Of a stretch of 57,791 nucleotides of DNA, positions 26,418 through 36,898 are shown one piece after another. The position numbers and the translations under genes are program-made. The notes beneath the pieces were generated by a model. It was not told where the DNA came from and searched no databases. It saw nothing but the letters and a program-made list of their open reading frames with translations. This stretch comes from a virus (Duplodnaviria > Caudoviricetes). The stretch covers positions 1 through 57,791 of IMG/VR virus record IMGVR_UViG_3300012676_000003. One strand, given 5' to 3'. The number at the start of each line of letters is the position of its first letter. Within the stretch, counting starts at the first letter, position 1.

Positions 26418-28391
26418 TCAGGTAACTGGCGCGAACCGTATTCTCGGGTTCAGCACCCGGATGTTGTGACCTGCCGCAGGAGTCGGTATCACCTGCACGA
26501 TAGATTGAGTCCGGTCATTTGCCGTGAACGTGGTTGACACCGAGGCAATCGCTCCAGAAGAATCTCGGTACTGCACGGACACTATGTAGTCACGCCCCAC
26601 GATCAGGTTAATGCAGTTCAGTGCGTAAGTGACTTCCGTGGTTCGGCTACTGACATTCAGGAACGTATCGCGAGTAAACGTGTTGTAATTGGGGTAGTTC
26701 TCGGCCACTGGACCATTACTCGTATATCGAATGGCGCTATTGTTGGCATCGGCAGCGGTGTACTCGTTGCTAAGGGTTACGCTCCAAGCTCCATCAGCGA
26801 GCAGCACCACAAACGGGAAAGCGCTGACGTAAAATCCGTTTTGCGTGTTGGTGGGAAAGGTCTCTCGCGGTGGAGTCGGGTCTATGGTTAGCCCGAACTC
26901 CTGACCAAATTCGTTGTGCCCACTAATGGACTTCACGAAGTCGGTAATGACAGACGTATTGAGATTAATAATGCCACGCGGGAAATCAGGTGCTCCAAAA
27001 ATGGAACGGTTACCAGCATCTAGCCAAGTGTTATCATCATGATTGCAACTTGGGCAACTTAATGGGTCAGTGGCCCAGCAATAACCGAGCAGAGTTGGAA
27101 CGCTCGGTGTGAGTTCCAAAAAGGCATCTCCAGTAGGGAGAAGTTCGGTGGTGAACAATTGCGGTGGATCGTTGTTGCACTCAACGAACAGTTCCATGAC
27201 ATGTTGGCTCAAGTGCCTGCCATACTCATCAATCTCATCCCAGCCGCTCATCTCATACTTCGCACCGCCACATTGCGGGCCGTCGATAGTGCCAGCCAAA
27301 GCCGGGAACGCCGTCTGCGTGCTTTCGCCAGTAAACGTAGCCGTTTTCCATAGCGTGCCGTCATACCCAGTCCACTTGGGCCAGCCGCGTTTGGTCTTGA
27401 TGGCCGTGCGGCTCACCGTAGTCATGAAGATGCGCGGAGGTAGCACCGATTCAGCTTGAGCCTGACAATTGGTGTCAACCACATCGAACACCACTGCCCC
27501 GCCACCGCCTAGACCCGTTGGCGTGCCGCTAATCAAACCGGAATCGGATAGCGTTAATCCATCTGGCATAGTGCCACTAATAATGCGCCATCCGTAATTT
27601 CCGCTTCCGCCCGTAGCCACGAGTTGAGCAGAGTACGCCACGCCCGTGCTCCAGTTCGGCAATGAAGCATTTGTGATACTCAGAATCACCATCCTGTATT
27701 GCCTCGTCTGAGAGTTACCGAAGGTATCAGTTACGCGCAAAGTGAACACGTACGTCCCGGAGATAGCCGGATTGCCAGTGATGATGATGGCGTTGCCTTG
27801 GGTTGTGGCCCTTACGCCAACCGGGATCGTGCCGCTCTCCAGCGCCACGTTGAACGGTGGATGATTGCTTACGATAGGGATCTGCGCCGTGAACTGCGTA
27901 CCAACGCAACCGCACATAAACCAGTCAGCCAAGCAAATGATGAAATCCGCCGCTCTTTCACATGCCAACCGTCGCGCAAGTTCGTCTAGGAGAGCTTGAT
28001 CATACCCCATGAACGTTCCACCAGGAACCGTGTAGGTGAACGGAGTTCCGTCTGGACAATACACAGTGCAGCTCTGTGGCCGATTGAATACGGGCGTCGG
28101 CAGGCAATCTGGACCAACGCAATTAGGTGGCGGAGGCGGGTTAGTGCAGAACGGCAAACGCCGTTGACAATCGCCAACCAAGTCTTGAATGATTTGCGCT
28201 CTAGTCTCTGGAGATGCGCCAAGTGGGAAGGTGCGCAACATTTGCACGCCATCGCAACAGAACAGGTAAAGGCGATCTGCTCCACCTCCGTATGGATTCC
28301 CTACAAATCGGTACAGGTCATCTTGCAGACTGTACTTCTGTAAGTCTGGGATACAGACTGGCGCTTCATCGCATGGTCGGCAATTACTCAT
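26418..28391 (-). CDS. Cys-rich virion protein with two putative Ig (He_PIG-like) domains
   Basis: ITNASLP..GVAYSAQL.ATGG..Y.W..SG.MPDGLTLSDSGLISGTPT; GTYVFTLRVTD. Confidence 0.75.
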   Translation of the reverse strand: MSNCRPCDEAPVCIPDLQKYSLQDDLYRFVGNPYGGGADRLYLFCCDGVQMLRTFPLGASPETRAQIIQDLVGDCQRRLPFCTNPPPPPNCVGPDCLPTPVFNRPQSCTVYCPDGTPFTYTVPGGTFMGYDQALLDELARRLACERAADFIICLADWFMCGCVGTQFTAQIPIVSNHPPFNVALESGTIPVGVRATTQGNAIIITGNPAISGTYVFTLRVTDTFGNSQTRQYRMVILSITNASLPNWSTGVAYSAQLVATGGSGNYGWRIISGTMPDGLTLSDSGLISGTPTGLGGGGAVVFDVVDTNCQAQAESVLPPRIFMTTVSRTAIKTKRGWPKWTGYDGTLWKTATFTGESTQTAFPALAGTIDGPQCGGAKYEMSGWDEIDEYGRHLSQHVMELFVECNNDPPQLFTTELLPTGDAFLELTPSVPTLLGYCWATDPLSCPSCNHDDNTWLDAGNRSIFGAPDFPRGIINLNTSVITDFVKSISGHNEFGQEFGLTIDPTPPRETFPTNTQNGFYVSAFPFVVLLADGAWSVTLSNEYTAADANNSAIRYTSNGPVAENYPNYNTFTRDTFLNVSSRTTEVTYALNCINLIVGRDYIVSVQYRDSSGAIASVSTTFTANDRTQSIVQVIPTPAAGHNIRVLNPRIRFAPVT

Positions 28392-30439
28392 GATTGCAAG
28401 TTTTCGATGAGTTCATCCGGGCAAATCGGAGTGCATATCGGTGGCGAGAAGTTTGGTTGAGGCACTGTATATGCCCCGAACCTTGCGCCTTTAAACCGAC
28501 AATGCCCCGTAATAACAAGCTTGAAGTGAAACGTGTATCCTTCGCGAAGCGGACGGTTATTACTTTCATCGCAAAACTCTGCCGGCGCTTCACCAAGGCC
28601 CATGTTCGGCTTAAACATAGGCTCTTTAGCTGGATCAACGTTGTTATAGCACTCCTGCCAGGAATGCCACGGCACCCAGCATGGCCAATCATCCGGCCTA
28701 AAGTAGGCTTGGAAATCTACTGTGCCACGCAGGTCATCTACATAAATCTCCCCTTCATCCAGCCTTAGCCGTTCTCGCAATCGTGGATCACGCTGCCCGA
28801 AATCAAGGAAGGCTTCGAAGCTCCAGACTATGCGATGCTCTCCATCGTCATAAATCTCAGTCGTGGATGATGGTAGAAGCTCCCATAGTTCAATCTTGGC
28901 CGTGCGATTGTTTAACGTGAACATGAAGCAACGTTTGGTATTGGCAAACGTGCCTTCCAGAATTCGTAAGATGTTCAATCCCTGCCAGTAGAGCGCATCG
29001 TAAACCGCCGCTTCCTTGCCGCGTAACGTGGATTCTGGGTCGTAGTTGATCGGGATAAGGCGCGTGAAATAAACGCCACGTGTGTCGTTGAGCACGCCTT
29101 CGGTGGTCATCAATCCTCGATTGTCGAACACGACGGCGGAAGAAAACCGCAACAGATCGTCCGAATCACGGTTAATTTGCGGTTCAACTTCCCGGCTAAT
29201 TGGCACATTCCCCCAAGTATTAAACTCGCGACGGCTCAAGATTAGCGTGCGAATGCCATCCCGCGCACGGCTCATTATGTCGCTATTAACGTTAATAGTG
29301 GACCATTGTGACAATCCGCCGCCGCCTTTGGCTGATTCAGTCAGGATAGGATTTACGAGCGATTGCCATGTCAGACGGTCCACGGGTGCGTTGCAGGAGA
29401 ACACGCTGCGATCAGTGAATATCTGAAGCGCACCCTGCCCTAGGGAAGCATCCAAGGTTTCGGAAAACAGCATTGCCCTGATTTCTCCGTAAGCGCCGGG
29501 AATGGTGAACAGTCCGCCACCAAGCAGGAAATCATTCTCCGTCACCTTGAGCACAGCATCTCGAAAGTTTAATGCGAGCGTGCCGGATGAACCGCCAACC
29601 AGATCCGAAGCTATGAACTGCTTTCCGTCCAACAAACACAACCAATTGCGCCCTAGGCCGTAAACGCCCATGCGACCAGCCGGTAGCTCAGTGCCAATTG
29701 TAGTAATCCATGTAACACTGTTGCCAGCCACAGCCGTTGAGCCAATGGGTGTTGCGCTGTAGTTCGTAAGGTTCAGCGTTTGCGGACCCACAATCTGAGC
29801 CACCGTGAAGCCGCCCACCGGGTCAATCGTGATAATGTCCCCAACCTTACCAGTGAATACTGACGTGAGAAAAACGTTGGTAAGCGTAGCGCCGGTGTTC
29901 GGCACAACAACATCGACCAAGAGGGTGCTTTGGCCCGTAGCCTTTTGGCCAGCATTGGACCTTCGCGAAGTTACACCGTCATGGAAGATGGGCACCTTAG
30001 ATGTTCCATCTGTCACAATGATCCACTTCTCCGCCTGCCAGCACCATGCTCGAAGCTCGTTAGGATCATTCGGATCATTTGGCACAGTTATATCCAGCAC
30101 TTGTGCCGTGTCCCCAACAATAGGCAGCTTGTACAATCGACCGCTTATCTGAGCTATCAAGGCGTCCGTGTCATTGTCTGGATTGAACACGCACGCGCCT
30201 TGAAACCTTCCATTCTCGAATGCCAACTGAAGTTCTTCGCCAGTATAGCCGGGGAACTCCAATGCAATCTTCCGAACAGGTGGCCGATGCGTGACAAAGC
30301 TGCGCCGCACAGTGGTATTGGCCCCGAACGACATCTGATTCTTCGGAATGATAATAGGGGCGCGTCCTGCATCGACCCCGGCACTGAAGTCGAACAGGAA
30401 ATCAATCAATTCTCTGGATTGAAATGGGCGTCGTTCCAT
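28388..30439 (-). CDS. Putative tail nozzle/stabilisation protein (P22 gp10 or T7 gp12-like)
   Basis: 683 aa, beta-rich, N-terminal DFSAGVD, PISREV motif; position. Confidence 0.6.
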   Translation of the reverse strand: MERRPFQSRELIDFLFDFSAGVDAGRAPIIIPKNQMSFGANTTVRRSFVTHRPPVRKIALEFPGYTGEELQLAFENGRFQGACVFNPDNDTDALIAQISGRLYKLPIVGDTAQVLDITVPNDPNDPNELRAWCWQAEKWIIVTDGTSKVPIFHDGVTSRRSNAGQKATGQSTLLVDVVVPNTGATLTNVFLTSVFTGKVGDIITIDPVGGFTVAQIVGPQTLNLTNYSATPIGSTAVAGNSVTWITTIGTELPAGRMGVYGLGRNWLCLLDGKQFIASDLVGGSSGTLALNFRDAVLKVTENDFLLGGGLFTIPGAYGEIRAMLFSETLDASLGQGALQIFTDRSVFSCNAPVDRLTWQSLVNPILTESAKGGGGLSQWSTINVNSDIMSRARDGIRTLILSRREFNTWGNVPISREVEPQINRDSDDLLRFSSAVVFDNRGLMTTEGVLNDTRGVYFTRLIPINYDPESTLRGKEAAVYDALYWQGLNILRILEGTFANTKRCFMFTLNNRTAKIELWELLPSSTTEIYDDGEHRIVWSFEAFLDFGQRDPRLRERLRLDEGEIYVDDLRGTVDFQAYFRPDDWPCWVPWHSWQECYNNVDPAKEPMFKPNMGLGEAPAEFCDESNNRPLREGYTFHFKLVITGHCRFKGARFGAYTVPQPNFSPPICTPICPDELIENLQS

Positions 30440-31666
30440 TTAGATTAAGAGTTCACCGTAAAAACGTGGTTTATCTGCTTTGATAGCCACCAAATGCGCC
30501 ACCACACACACCACGCCATCATAAAGAGTCTGGTTCTCGACTTTGATCTTCTGAAACCGGCAGTTAGCACCCGCCTGCTGGATGTAGCGTTGCATGGTGG
30601 CTTCGGTGTAATAACGGAATGAACGCCAGTTCCATCGTGATACATGAGTTGGATCGCAATCCGCACCTACACCCTCAGTGGACGGCACTTGGATAAGGAA
30701 GAATCCTCCGTGCGCCAACACGCGGTACGCTTCGTTCATCGTGTGAATGGGGTCACGTAGATGCTCAATGGCGTCATGCGCTCGGATTAGTCCTACGCTG
30801 TTATCTTCAAATGGCCAACGCTCATTCAGGTCAGCGATTACGTCACCGTTATGCAAGTCCACCGATTCATAGCCATCGGGCTTGTCTATGCCACCGCACA
30901 AGTCCACGCATCTCAGGCCACGTTGATTAGCCCACTTCATCGCCATCGGGTAGATGTAGCGGTCGTGCTGGCCCCACATCGTATTTTGAATCTCAGGCGC
31001 ATTCTTAAGCCAAGTGTTCTCTCCGTGAATACGATAGAAGTACAAGGGCTTGTCGATATGCACCATGTTCCCATGAACGTAGGTTCGGCAAATCAGGTCA
31101 TGATCGTCGCAAATCTTCAGTTCCGGGTTGTGCCCACCGATACGCCAGTAGAAGGATGATCGCCATGCCCTGAAGTGGTTTGGAGCGAACCAAATCCGGC
31201 TGATGCTTTGAGGGTCAGGAGGTGGGCTTACCGATTCCTTGCACTTGCGGTTGCGATAATCAATCTCACGTGAAGTCCATCCGTAACGTTCAGGCCAAGT
31301 TACAGGTAAACCTTCACCGCGAACATCGTGATTAACGGTGTTGGAGTAAGCAAAGTCTACGGAATCATCACTGAACGCCTTAGCTGCTTCTTCCAGTGCT
31401 CCGGGCATCAACTCATCGTCATGATCCAATTCCATGAGCACGTCACCCGAACACAGCTTGCACGCCGCAAACTTCAGGTGACCTACACGGGTTATGCCAC
31501 TCAAATCCTTGTGGCATTTCACTCTTGGATCATCGCATTCAAACTCTGCACCGTTATTGCAAAGCACTGTCCATTCCCAGTCTGTGTGGGATTGTTCCAG
31601 TAGGCTCCCGTAAGCCTGAAGCAGGTATCTGGCATCGTGCGTTGGTGTGAATAGGCTAATCTTCAT
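30440..31666 (-). CDS. GT2 glycosyltransferase fused to class I SAM methyltransferase
   Basis: ISLFTPT..ELDHDD..DDHDL; DLCGG..WPFEDNSV..EH..E.YRVLAHGG. Confidence 0.88.
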   Translation of the reverse strand: MKISLFTPTHDARYLLQAYGSLLEQSHTDWEWTVLCNNGAEFECDDPRVKCHKDLSGITRVGHLKFAACKLCSGDVLMELDHDDELMPGALEEAAKAFSDDSVDFAYSNTVNHDVRGEGLPVTWPERYGWTSREIDYRNRKCKESVSPPPDPQSISRIWFAPNHFRAWRSSFYWRIGGHNPELKICDDHDLICRTYVHGNMVHIDKPLYFYRIHGENTWLKNAPEIQNTMWGQHDRYIYPMAMKWANQRGLRCVDLCGGIDKPDGYESVDLHNGDVIADLNERWPFEDNSVGLIRAHDAIEHLRDPIHTMNEAYRVLAHGGFFLIQVPSTEGVGADCDPTHVSRWNWRSFRYYTEATMQRYIQQAGANCRFQKIKVENQTLYDGVVCVVAHLVAIKADKPRFYGELLI

Positions 31667-32619
31667 GCCACCTTCCTGATGCGCACATGCGAGCCTGCAC
31701 GGATGTAGAGGTTCTGGCTCGTAACCTTAAGCCCTTTCACAGAGAAATTGCCGCTATCTGAAACCACGATGATTCCAGACATCAATATGATGCCTTCAGC
31801 GGTCGAAGTAGTGAGCACCACGCCCCCCGGCGTGTTCTTGGCGGTCACTCTTGATGTAGAGATTGTTGTTGCCGATAAGTTCCCGTGCATATTGAACTCC
31901 GTGGAAGTCGTAGTCCCGGAGTATTGCACCCCGAATTGAGCACCTGCCGTACCCGTGCTGCACATGGCTTGGACGAACGCTTCGAATACCCATGTGCCAG
32001 CGGTAAGAGCCACGATCAGACCTCCAATATCCACCAAGGACGTGCTGGTAATCTGCTGCTGTGATCCTTGGTAGCCGACGAAATCCTGTGCGCCTTGTGC
32101 ACCTTGCGCTCCCTGAAATCCTTGCGTGCCCTGAAACCCCTGATTGCCCTGCGTACCCTGGAACCCTTGATCACCCTGATCACCTTGCGGTCCAGCATCC
32201 CCCTGAAAGCCTTGGAAACCTTGATTGCCCTGAGTTCCTTGAAAACCCTGAGGCCCTTGTGCACCGGCATCACCTTGCGGCCCTTGGGCGCCTGATGCGC
32301 CCTGGAAACCTTGGAAGCCCTGATCCCCCTGAGCACCTTGAGCACCTGTAGTTCCTTGGAAACCTTGTGGACCCTGCACGCCAGCGGTGCCTTGATCACC
32401 CTGCGGTCCTTGTGCCCCTGAGACCCCTTGGTCTCCTTGCGGACCTTGGGCACCGGAGGTGCCTTGAGTTCCTTGATTCCCCTGCACACCCGGAACACCT
32501 GGAGCACCCGGACTGCCTTGGAAGCCCTGAGACCCACTAATCAACCCAGGAAGTTCACATCCTGAGTTGCGACCTAAGGCAATCTTCAATCTCCCAATTT
32601 GTCCAGAATCAAGGAACAT
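31663..32619 (-). CDS. Collagen-like (Gly-X-Gln) fibre with C-terminal beta domain
   Basis: Long GxQ triplet run. Confidence 0.85.
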   Translation of the reverse strand: MFLDSGQIGRLKIALGRNSGCELPGLISGSQGFQGSPGAPGVPGVQGNQGTQGTSGAQGPQGDQGVSGAQGPQGDQGTAGVQGPQGFQGTTGAQGAQGDQGFQGFQGASGAQGPQGDAGAQGPQGFQGTQGNQGFQGFQGDAGPQGDQGDQGFQGTQGNQGFQGTQGFQGAQGAQGAQDFVGYQGSQQQITSTSLVDIGGLIVALTAGTWVFEAFVQAMCSTGTAGAQFGVQYSGTTTSTEFNMHGNLSATTISTSRVTAKNTPGGVVLTTSTAEGIILMSGIIVVSDSGNFSVKGLKVTSQNLYIRAGSHVRIRKVA

Positions 32620-32625
32620 TAAGTA

Positions 32626-33024
32626 TCACGGGTCTTTTTTATTTCCTGAGTTCGGTGTGTCAGCACAAGGATCAGGTTTAATCAGTAGCTTTCCAAGGAA
32701 CGGAAACCACTGGATCAAGAGATCCTCAAGGCGCGAAATGATTAACTTGTGCGCTCCCCACGCCAAGACTCCAAGCAAGAACCCTACGCATGAATTCCTG
32801 GTAGACCACTGGCGCAATGTCATCTCATTGGGATGTGGGTCTACGAGCATCATATAGACGAGCACGCCGAACAGTACTACGGCCAACGGAATCCCATCAT
32901 TTGGGAATTTGGGGATGAGCTTCAGGACGTATCCTACTGCTATACAAACCGAGAACGTTAGGGCCGCGATTGGCCAGCCTTGGATCTTGTCCAAGAGATT
33001 GAACAACTGATTTAGTGTATCCAT
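32626..33024 (-). CDS. Holin-like membrane protein
   Basis: Three hydrophobic segments; GYVLK.IP.FPN..IP. Confidence 0.6.
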   Translation of the reverse strand: MDTLNQLFNLLDKIQGWPIAALTFSVCIAVGYVLKLIPKFPNDGIPLAVVLFGVLVYMMLVDPHPNEMTLRQWSTRNSCVGFLLGVLAWGAHKLIISRLEDLLIQWFPFLGKLLIKPDPCADTPNSGNKKDP

Positions 33025-33027
33025 GTG

Positions 33028-33273
33028 TTACTTGCGAATGCTGCAACTCTTTTCCCTTACGCATTGGAGATTGTTCATCTGGTGTAGGATGTGCTCTTGC
33101 TGATCTTCGATGCGCTGGAGCTTGCGCCCAAGCCACCAAACCATGCCGCAAACGGCGATTAGCGTTCCAACGGGCATGAGAGCTTTTTCGTCGATGACAA
33201 CTCCTGCTCCAAACATGGCACCCAGTACAGCGGTGTCTTTTATAAGGGACAACATAGAGTATTTATAAAACAT
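33028..33273 (-). CDS. Small membrane protein with coiled-coil tail
   Basis: TM segment followed by KLQRIEDQQ. Confidence 0.6.
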   Translation of the reverse strand: MFYKYSMLSLIKDTAVLGAMFGAGVVIDEKALMPVGTLIAVCGMVWWLGRKLQRIEDQQEHILHQMNNLQCVREKSCSIRK

Positions 33274-33282
33274 TCATGTGGG

Positions 33283-33735
33283 TTACCTTGTTGGGTTCGC
33301 AGTTAAATGAAATTGATGCCAGTAGGAGATAATTAGCTCTGAGTCAGAGAATACGCCCAACTTTGGACGAATCCCAAGAATGATGTGGTATTCAATTGTT
33401 TTTGGGCTGCGGTCAAGCCGTTGCGAGATCATCTTTCGGCTATACCCACAAGCCAACAAAACCCAGATGTGCCGTTGCAGTATCGTCAGCTTGGGATTCT
33501 GGTTGTATGTGAAACACGGCTGAAGCAATGGTGTGTCGATTACCGATGGACCGTTAGAGCAATTTCGACAACGCTTGCTAACAACTTGCTTGCGTTCACC
33601 ACAAGCGCATAGGTTATATCTATAATTGCGCTTCCTGGTTTTCTTGGGTGTGGCAAAAATCTCCCCCCATGACACCGTACTCGCTCCAAAACGTGGGCCT
33701 TTATGTTGGATGCTACTCACGGGACTGGAGTCCAC
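33283..33735 (-). CDS. LuxR/GerE-type HTH protein with Cys motif (start may be GTG 33675)
   Basis: LT..Q..I..LLA.GYS.K.I...L..SPKTIEYH. Confidence 0.75.
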   Translation of the reverse strand: MDSSPVSSIQHKGPRFGASTVSWGEIFATPKKTRKRNYRYNLCACGERKQVVSKRCRNCSNGPSVIDTPLLQPCFTYNQNPKLTILQRHIWVLLACGYSRKMISQRLDRSPKTIEYHIILGIRPKLGVFSDSELIISYWHQFHLTANPTR

Positions 33736-34592
33736 TTGAATGCATCCGCTGCGACGAATCCAATCGTATCATTCCTGATTCTTACAAAACCGTTCGTCCC
33801 CTCAGCAAAAGTATACGTGCCGAGCAGATTCCATTGACCTCCATTGGTTCGAAGGTTCAGGTAGACCGTCTCCGTGCCAGCCGCATGGCTAATTTCTACG
33901 GGCACATTCGTTGCTAGATTACTGCGTGATGGATGCCACGCGCTGACGGTATAGCTCCCGCCAATTAAATAGGGATGGTAGGCTACAGTCTTGGGAACTG
34001 CTCCCTTGGTGTTGTTATCGTGCCGATAGTTCAATCCGTAATAACCTTGCCAATTCGTTGATGAATACCACGAACCGCTAAAGGTCACGTTCGTTCCGAT
34101 GTTGTTGTCTACAATAACTTCGACGGCAGCCGGTGGGGGATTGGTAGGCTCAGGAGGAACAGGCGAAGGATAATGAATCAAGAAACCAGCAAGTCGTAGG
34201 AATGGTGCACCTGATGCGGCATTCGTTGGTTGCACTGAAACGAACACGCGGATCTGAAAGCCTGAGTTAGTCTCGGTTTCGATTGTTTGAAACACCTCAT
34301 TTGAGAACTCGCTTTCGACAATATTAGTGTCGTCTAGCCCTAATGATGTAACCGCGAAATAATACGTCGCACCGGCCAACAGATCATCCACAATTCCAGT
34401 AGTGTTTGTACCTGCAAAGGCAGCATTGGTATAATTACCCGACGTTGGACCCCAATGAATCTTGTAGCCAGTAACATCGACAGGTGAGTCTGTGGGCGGA
34501 TCCCACTCAAGGGTGACTGAGGAGTAGTCGCGCACAGCTCCGCAAAGAGACTGGGCGAGTAATAAAGCGATTAACAGTATTGAATTTTTCAT
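33717..34592 (-). CDS. Secreted FN3 plus golvesin/xanthan-lyase-CBM-like protein
   Basis: Signal peptide; VTLEWD..GYKIHWG..YYFAVT; ATNVPVEI.HA.G..NGGQWNLLGTY.F..V.ADA. Confidence 0.8.
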   Translation of the reverse strand: MKNSILLIALLLAQSLCGAVRDYSSVTLEWDPPTDSPVDVTGYKIHWGPTSGNYTNAAFAGTNTTGIVDDLLAGATYYFAVTSLGLDDTNIVESEFSNEVFQTIETETNSGFQIRVFVSVQPTNAASGAPFLRLAGFLIHYPSPVPPEPTNPPPAAVEVIVDNNIGTNVTFSGSWYSSTNWQGYYGLNYRHDNNTKGAVPKTVAYHPYLIGGSYTVSAWHPSRSNLATNVPVEISHAAGTETVYLNLRTNGGQWNLLGTYTFAEGTNGFVRIRNDTIGFVAADAFKWTPVP

Positions 34593-34960
34593 ACAGCACT
34601 TGGGCTAACGGTTGAACCAGATGTAACTGTGTCGGCGGGCAGCAGGTCTCCGGCGATGTTCAGAAACTCTAGGCTCGCGCTCGTGGAGCTTGGAAGGGAT
34701 GAGACTCTGAAGTGCGCCGGGCCGTTCCCGTTTCCATCGGCTCCGACACCCACAATCAACACCTGCCCAATGACCATCCATGCCGAGGAATCGACAGTTA
34801 CCAGAACGGTATCTCCGCCATTGGGGAGAACGAAATCTGCTGTGGTATGGGTGAAGGCGTTAATACCGTCAGTGCCGTCCAATCCGGGTGCGCCTTCCAA
34901 TCCCGGCACTTGCGTAGGTTGTGCGGTCGAGCATGGTGAGCAACAATCAAGCGTAGACAT
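34589..34960 (-). CDS. Hypothetical virion protein with short collagen-like stretch
   Basis: GLEGAPGLDGTDGINAFT; first gene of late operon. Confidence 0.7.
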   Translation of the reverse strand: MSTLDCCSPCSTAQPTQVPGLEGAPGLDGTDGINAFTHTTADFVLPNGGDTVLVTVDSSAWMVIGQVLIVGVGADGNGNGPAHFRVSSLPSSTSASLEFLNIAGDLLPADTVTSGSTVSPSAV

Positions 34961-35024
34961 TGTGTGTCAAAAGGGGAAAATGGTTAATTTGGGGGCCTTT
35001 GCGGGGTTGCCCTTAGTTCTGAAC

Positions 35025-35051
35025 TTGACAACAACGATCCTTGATTGTCAA
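35025..35051. promoter_or_regulatory. Inverted TTGACAA-N13-TTGTCAA between divergent late operons
   Basis: Two opposed -35 hexamers; -10 matches are weak. Confidence 0.45.
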
Positions 35052-35066
35052 TACTTTGCTTTAGGC

Positions 35067-36866
35067 ATGGGTGAGATTTATAAGTACAATGCGCGTTGGA
35101 ACTCCGAGGCCCATCCCCTTCAGATCGAGCTGGAGTGCATAAAGTGGGGTGGTCAGTGGCAATCAGGGAACACCATCTGCGGCAAAGGGATGTTCTATCA
35201 CCTGATGGAAGCCAGGAAATGGATTTGGCCAGATCGCTATCGCCATGATTGGACGGACCTGATGTATCAGGAGTTCGTTCAGAACGACATAACCATGCTC
35301 ATGGGCGCGGCAAGCACGCAAAAAACGAGCCATGCCAGCGAATACGTTCTTCTTAAATATTGGGCTTCTCCCAATGACACTTTGGTGATCGTTTCCACGA
35401 TTGATGTCGATAAATTAGATACAGGAGTATTCGGTGAAATTAAAATGCTTTGGAGCGCAGGTCGGGAAAGGTTTGATTGGCTTCCTGGCAATCTCATTGA
35501 CCATCGCCATTGCATTGCTACTCATTGCCTTGCTGACGGTGAAGTGCGCGATTTGCGCTGCGGCATTCTTGGTCGCCCTTGTTACCAAGGATCGCAGTGG
35601 ATTGGGCTAGGCAAACTGCTCGGAACGAAACAACGCAATATCATCTTCTTAGCCGATGAAGTTCCGTGGATGGCACCCACCTTTATCGAGTCTTGGGCCA
35701 ACCTCTTCTCAAACGGCAAGGTGCAGATTATTGGGAGCGGGAACCCGAAAGGAGATCCAGATGATCAGCTAGGGATTGCGGCTGAACCGGAAGATGGATG
35801 GGCGAGCATTGGCGAACCCAAGGTTACGACTACTTGGAACACCAAGTTTCTCAATGGCCGGTGTGTGAACCTTGTCGGCATTGACAGCCCAAACTTCCGC
35901 GCTGCGGCCAAAGGATTGCCTGAGACATACCCAGGCTTGATTGGTCCACGGTTTGCTAGGCGTATTGCTCACGATTGGGGCCTAGACTCGCCCAAGTATT
36001 ACGAGCAGGTCTACGGGATCATGAAGATAGGCATGGCAACTGACAGGGTATTGACCCGCCAGATATGCCGAGACCACCATGCTTACGACTTGGCGGTATG
36101 GCTTGATGATAAGCATACCAAGATCCATGGACTGGACCCGTCTTATGGCGGTGAAGATGCCTGTATAAGCACTATACTAGAGTGGGGAAAGGATACGAAT
36201 GGGGAAGATATTCTGAGTCTGGTGCTTCAAAAAGAGCATAGGTTCAACATTCGTGAGAGTGAGTCGGTAGAGGATCAGATAGCTAATCAAGTTTGGGACA
36301 TGCTGAATGAGCAGGGCATCCCGCCTACCAATTCATTCTATGACCCGTATGGTAAAGGCACCCTTGGGTTCGCCTTCGCTCGTAAGTTCGGAGCCAACTC
36401 CCCTATCCCGATTGATTCAGGTGGAAAGCCCACCGACAGGCCGGTGAGACAAGATTTGTTCGTAGTAGACAAGGATGGAGCGAGACGACAGAAACGGTGC
36501 TCTGAGCACTACGTCAAGTTCGTCACCGAAGCATGGTTCTCCGTGGCTTATGTCGTGCAGGCTGGACAGATGCGGCAATTGACGGAAGAGATTGTGCGAG
36601 AAATGTCGGCCCGCAAGTATTCCCCGGCGTTCGGTGATAGAATAGAGATTGAATCAAAAGATGACCTTAAAGAACGCACGGGCAAAAGTCCTAATCGCGG
36701 CGATTCCATTGCCATCGCAGTTGAAGGCGCACGCCAAAGGGGATTCAAAATTGGGAAGCTTGGAAACCATGCAGTCGAAGATCCGCAAGCAACCTTCGCG
36801 TGGCTCAAAGAGAAGGTCAAAAACCACAACACACTCATCCAATCCAAACAACTCACCCATGCGTAA
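35067..36866 (+). CDS. terL: Terminase large subunit
   Basis: Walker A-like GAASTQKT, Walker B FLADE, coupling GNP, nuclease GLDPSYGGED and KSPNRGDS; start MGEIYKY at 35067. Confidence 0.88.
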   Translation: MGEIYKYNARWNSEAHPLQIELECIKWGGQWQSGNTICGKGMFYHLMEARKWIWPDRYRHDWTDLMYQEFVQNDITMLMGAASTQKTSHASEYVLLKYWASPNDTLVIVSTIDVDKLDTGVFGEIKMLWSAGRERFDWLPGNLIDHRHCIATHCLADGEVRDLRCGILGRPCYQGSQWIGLGKLLGTKQRNIIFLADEVPWMAPTFIESWANLFSNGKVQIIGSGNPKGDPDDQLGIAAEPEDGWASIGEPKVTTTWNTKFLNGRCVNLVGIDSPNFRAAAKGLPETYPGLIGPRFARRIAHDWGLDSPKYYEQVYGIMKIGMATDRVLTRQICRDHHAYDLAVWLDDKHTKIHGLDPSYGGEDACISTILEWGKDTNGEDILSLVLQKEHRFNIRESESVEDQIANQVWDMLNEQGIPPTNSFYDPYGKGTLGFAFARKFGANSPIPIDSGGKPTDRPVRQDLFVVDKDGARRQKRCSEHYVKFVTEAWFSVAYVVQAGQMRQLTEEIVREMSARKYSPAFGDRIEIESKDDLKERTGKSPNRGDSIAIAVEGARQRGFKIGKLGNHAVEDPQATFAWLKEKVKNHNTLIQSKQLTHA

Positions 36867-36898
36867 AGACATCTCATGGCCGGAACAATGGGGGCCGT

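Noticed and set aside
34629-35066. N-terminal extension of terminase in the ORF track
   Set aside because: Overlaps the opposite-strand gene and the promoter gap; ATG 35067 is more plausible
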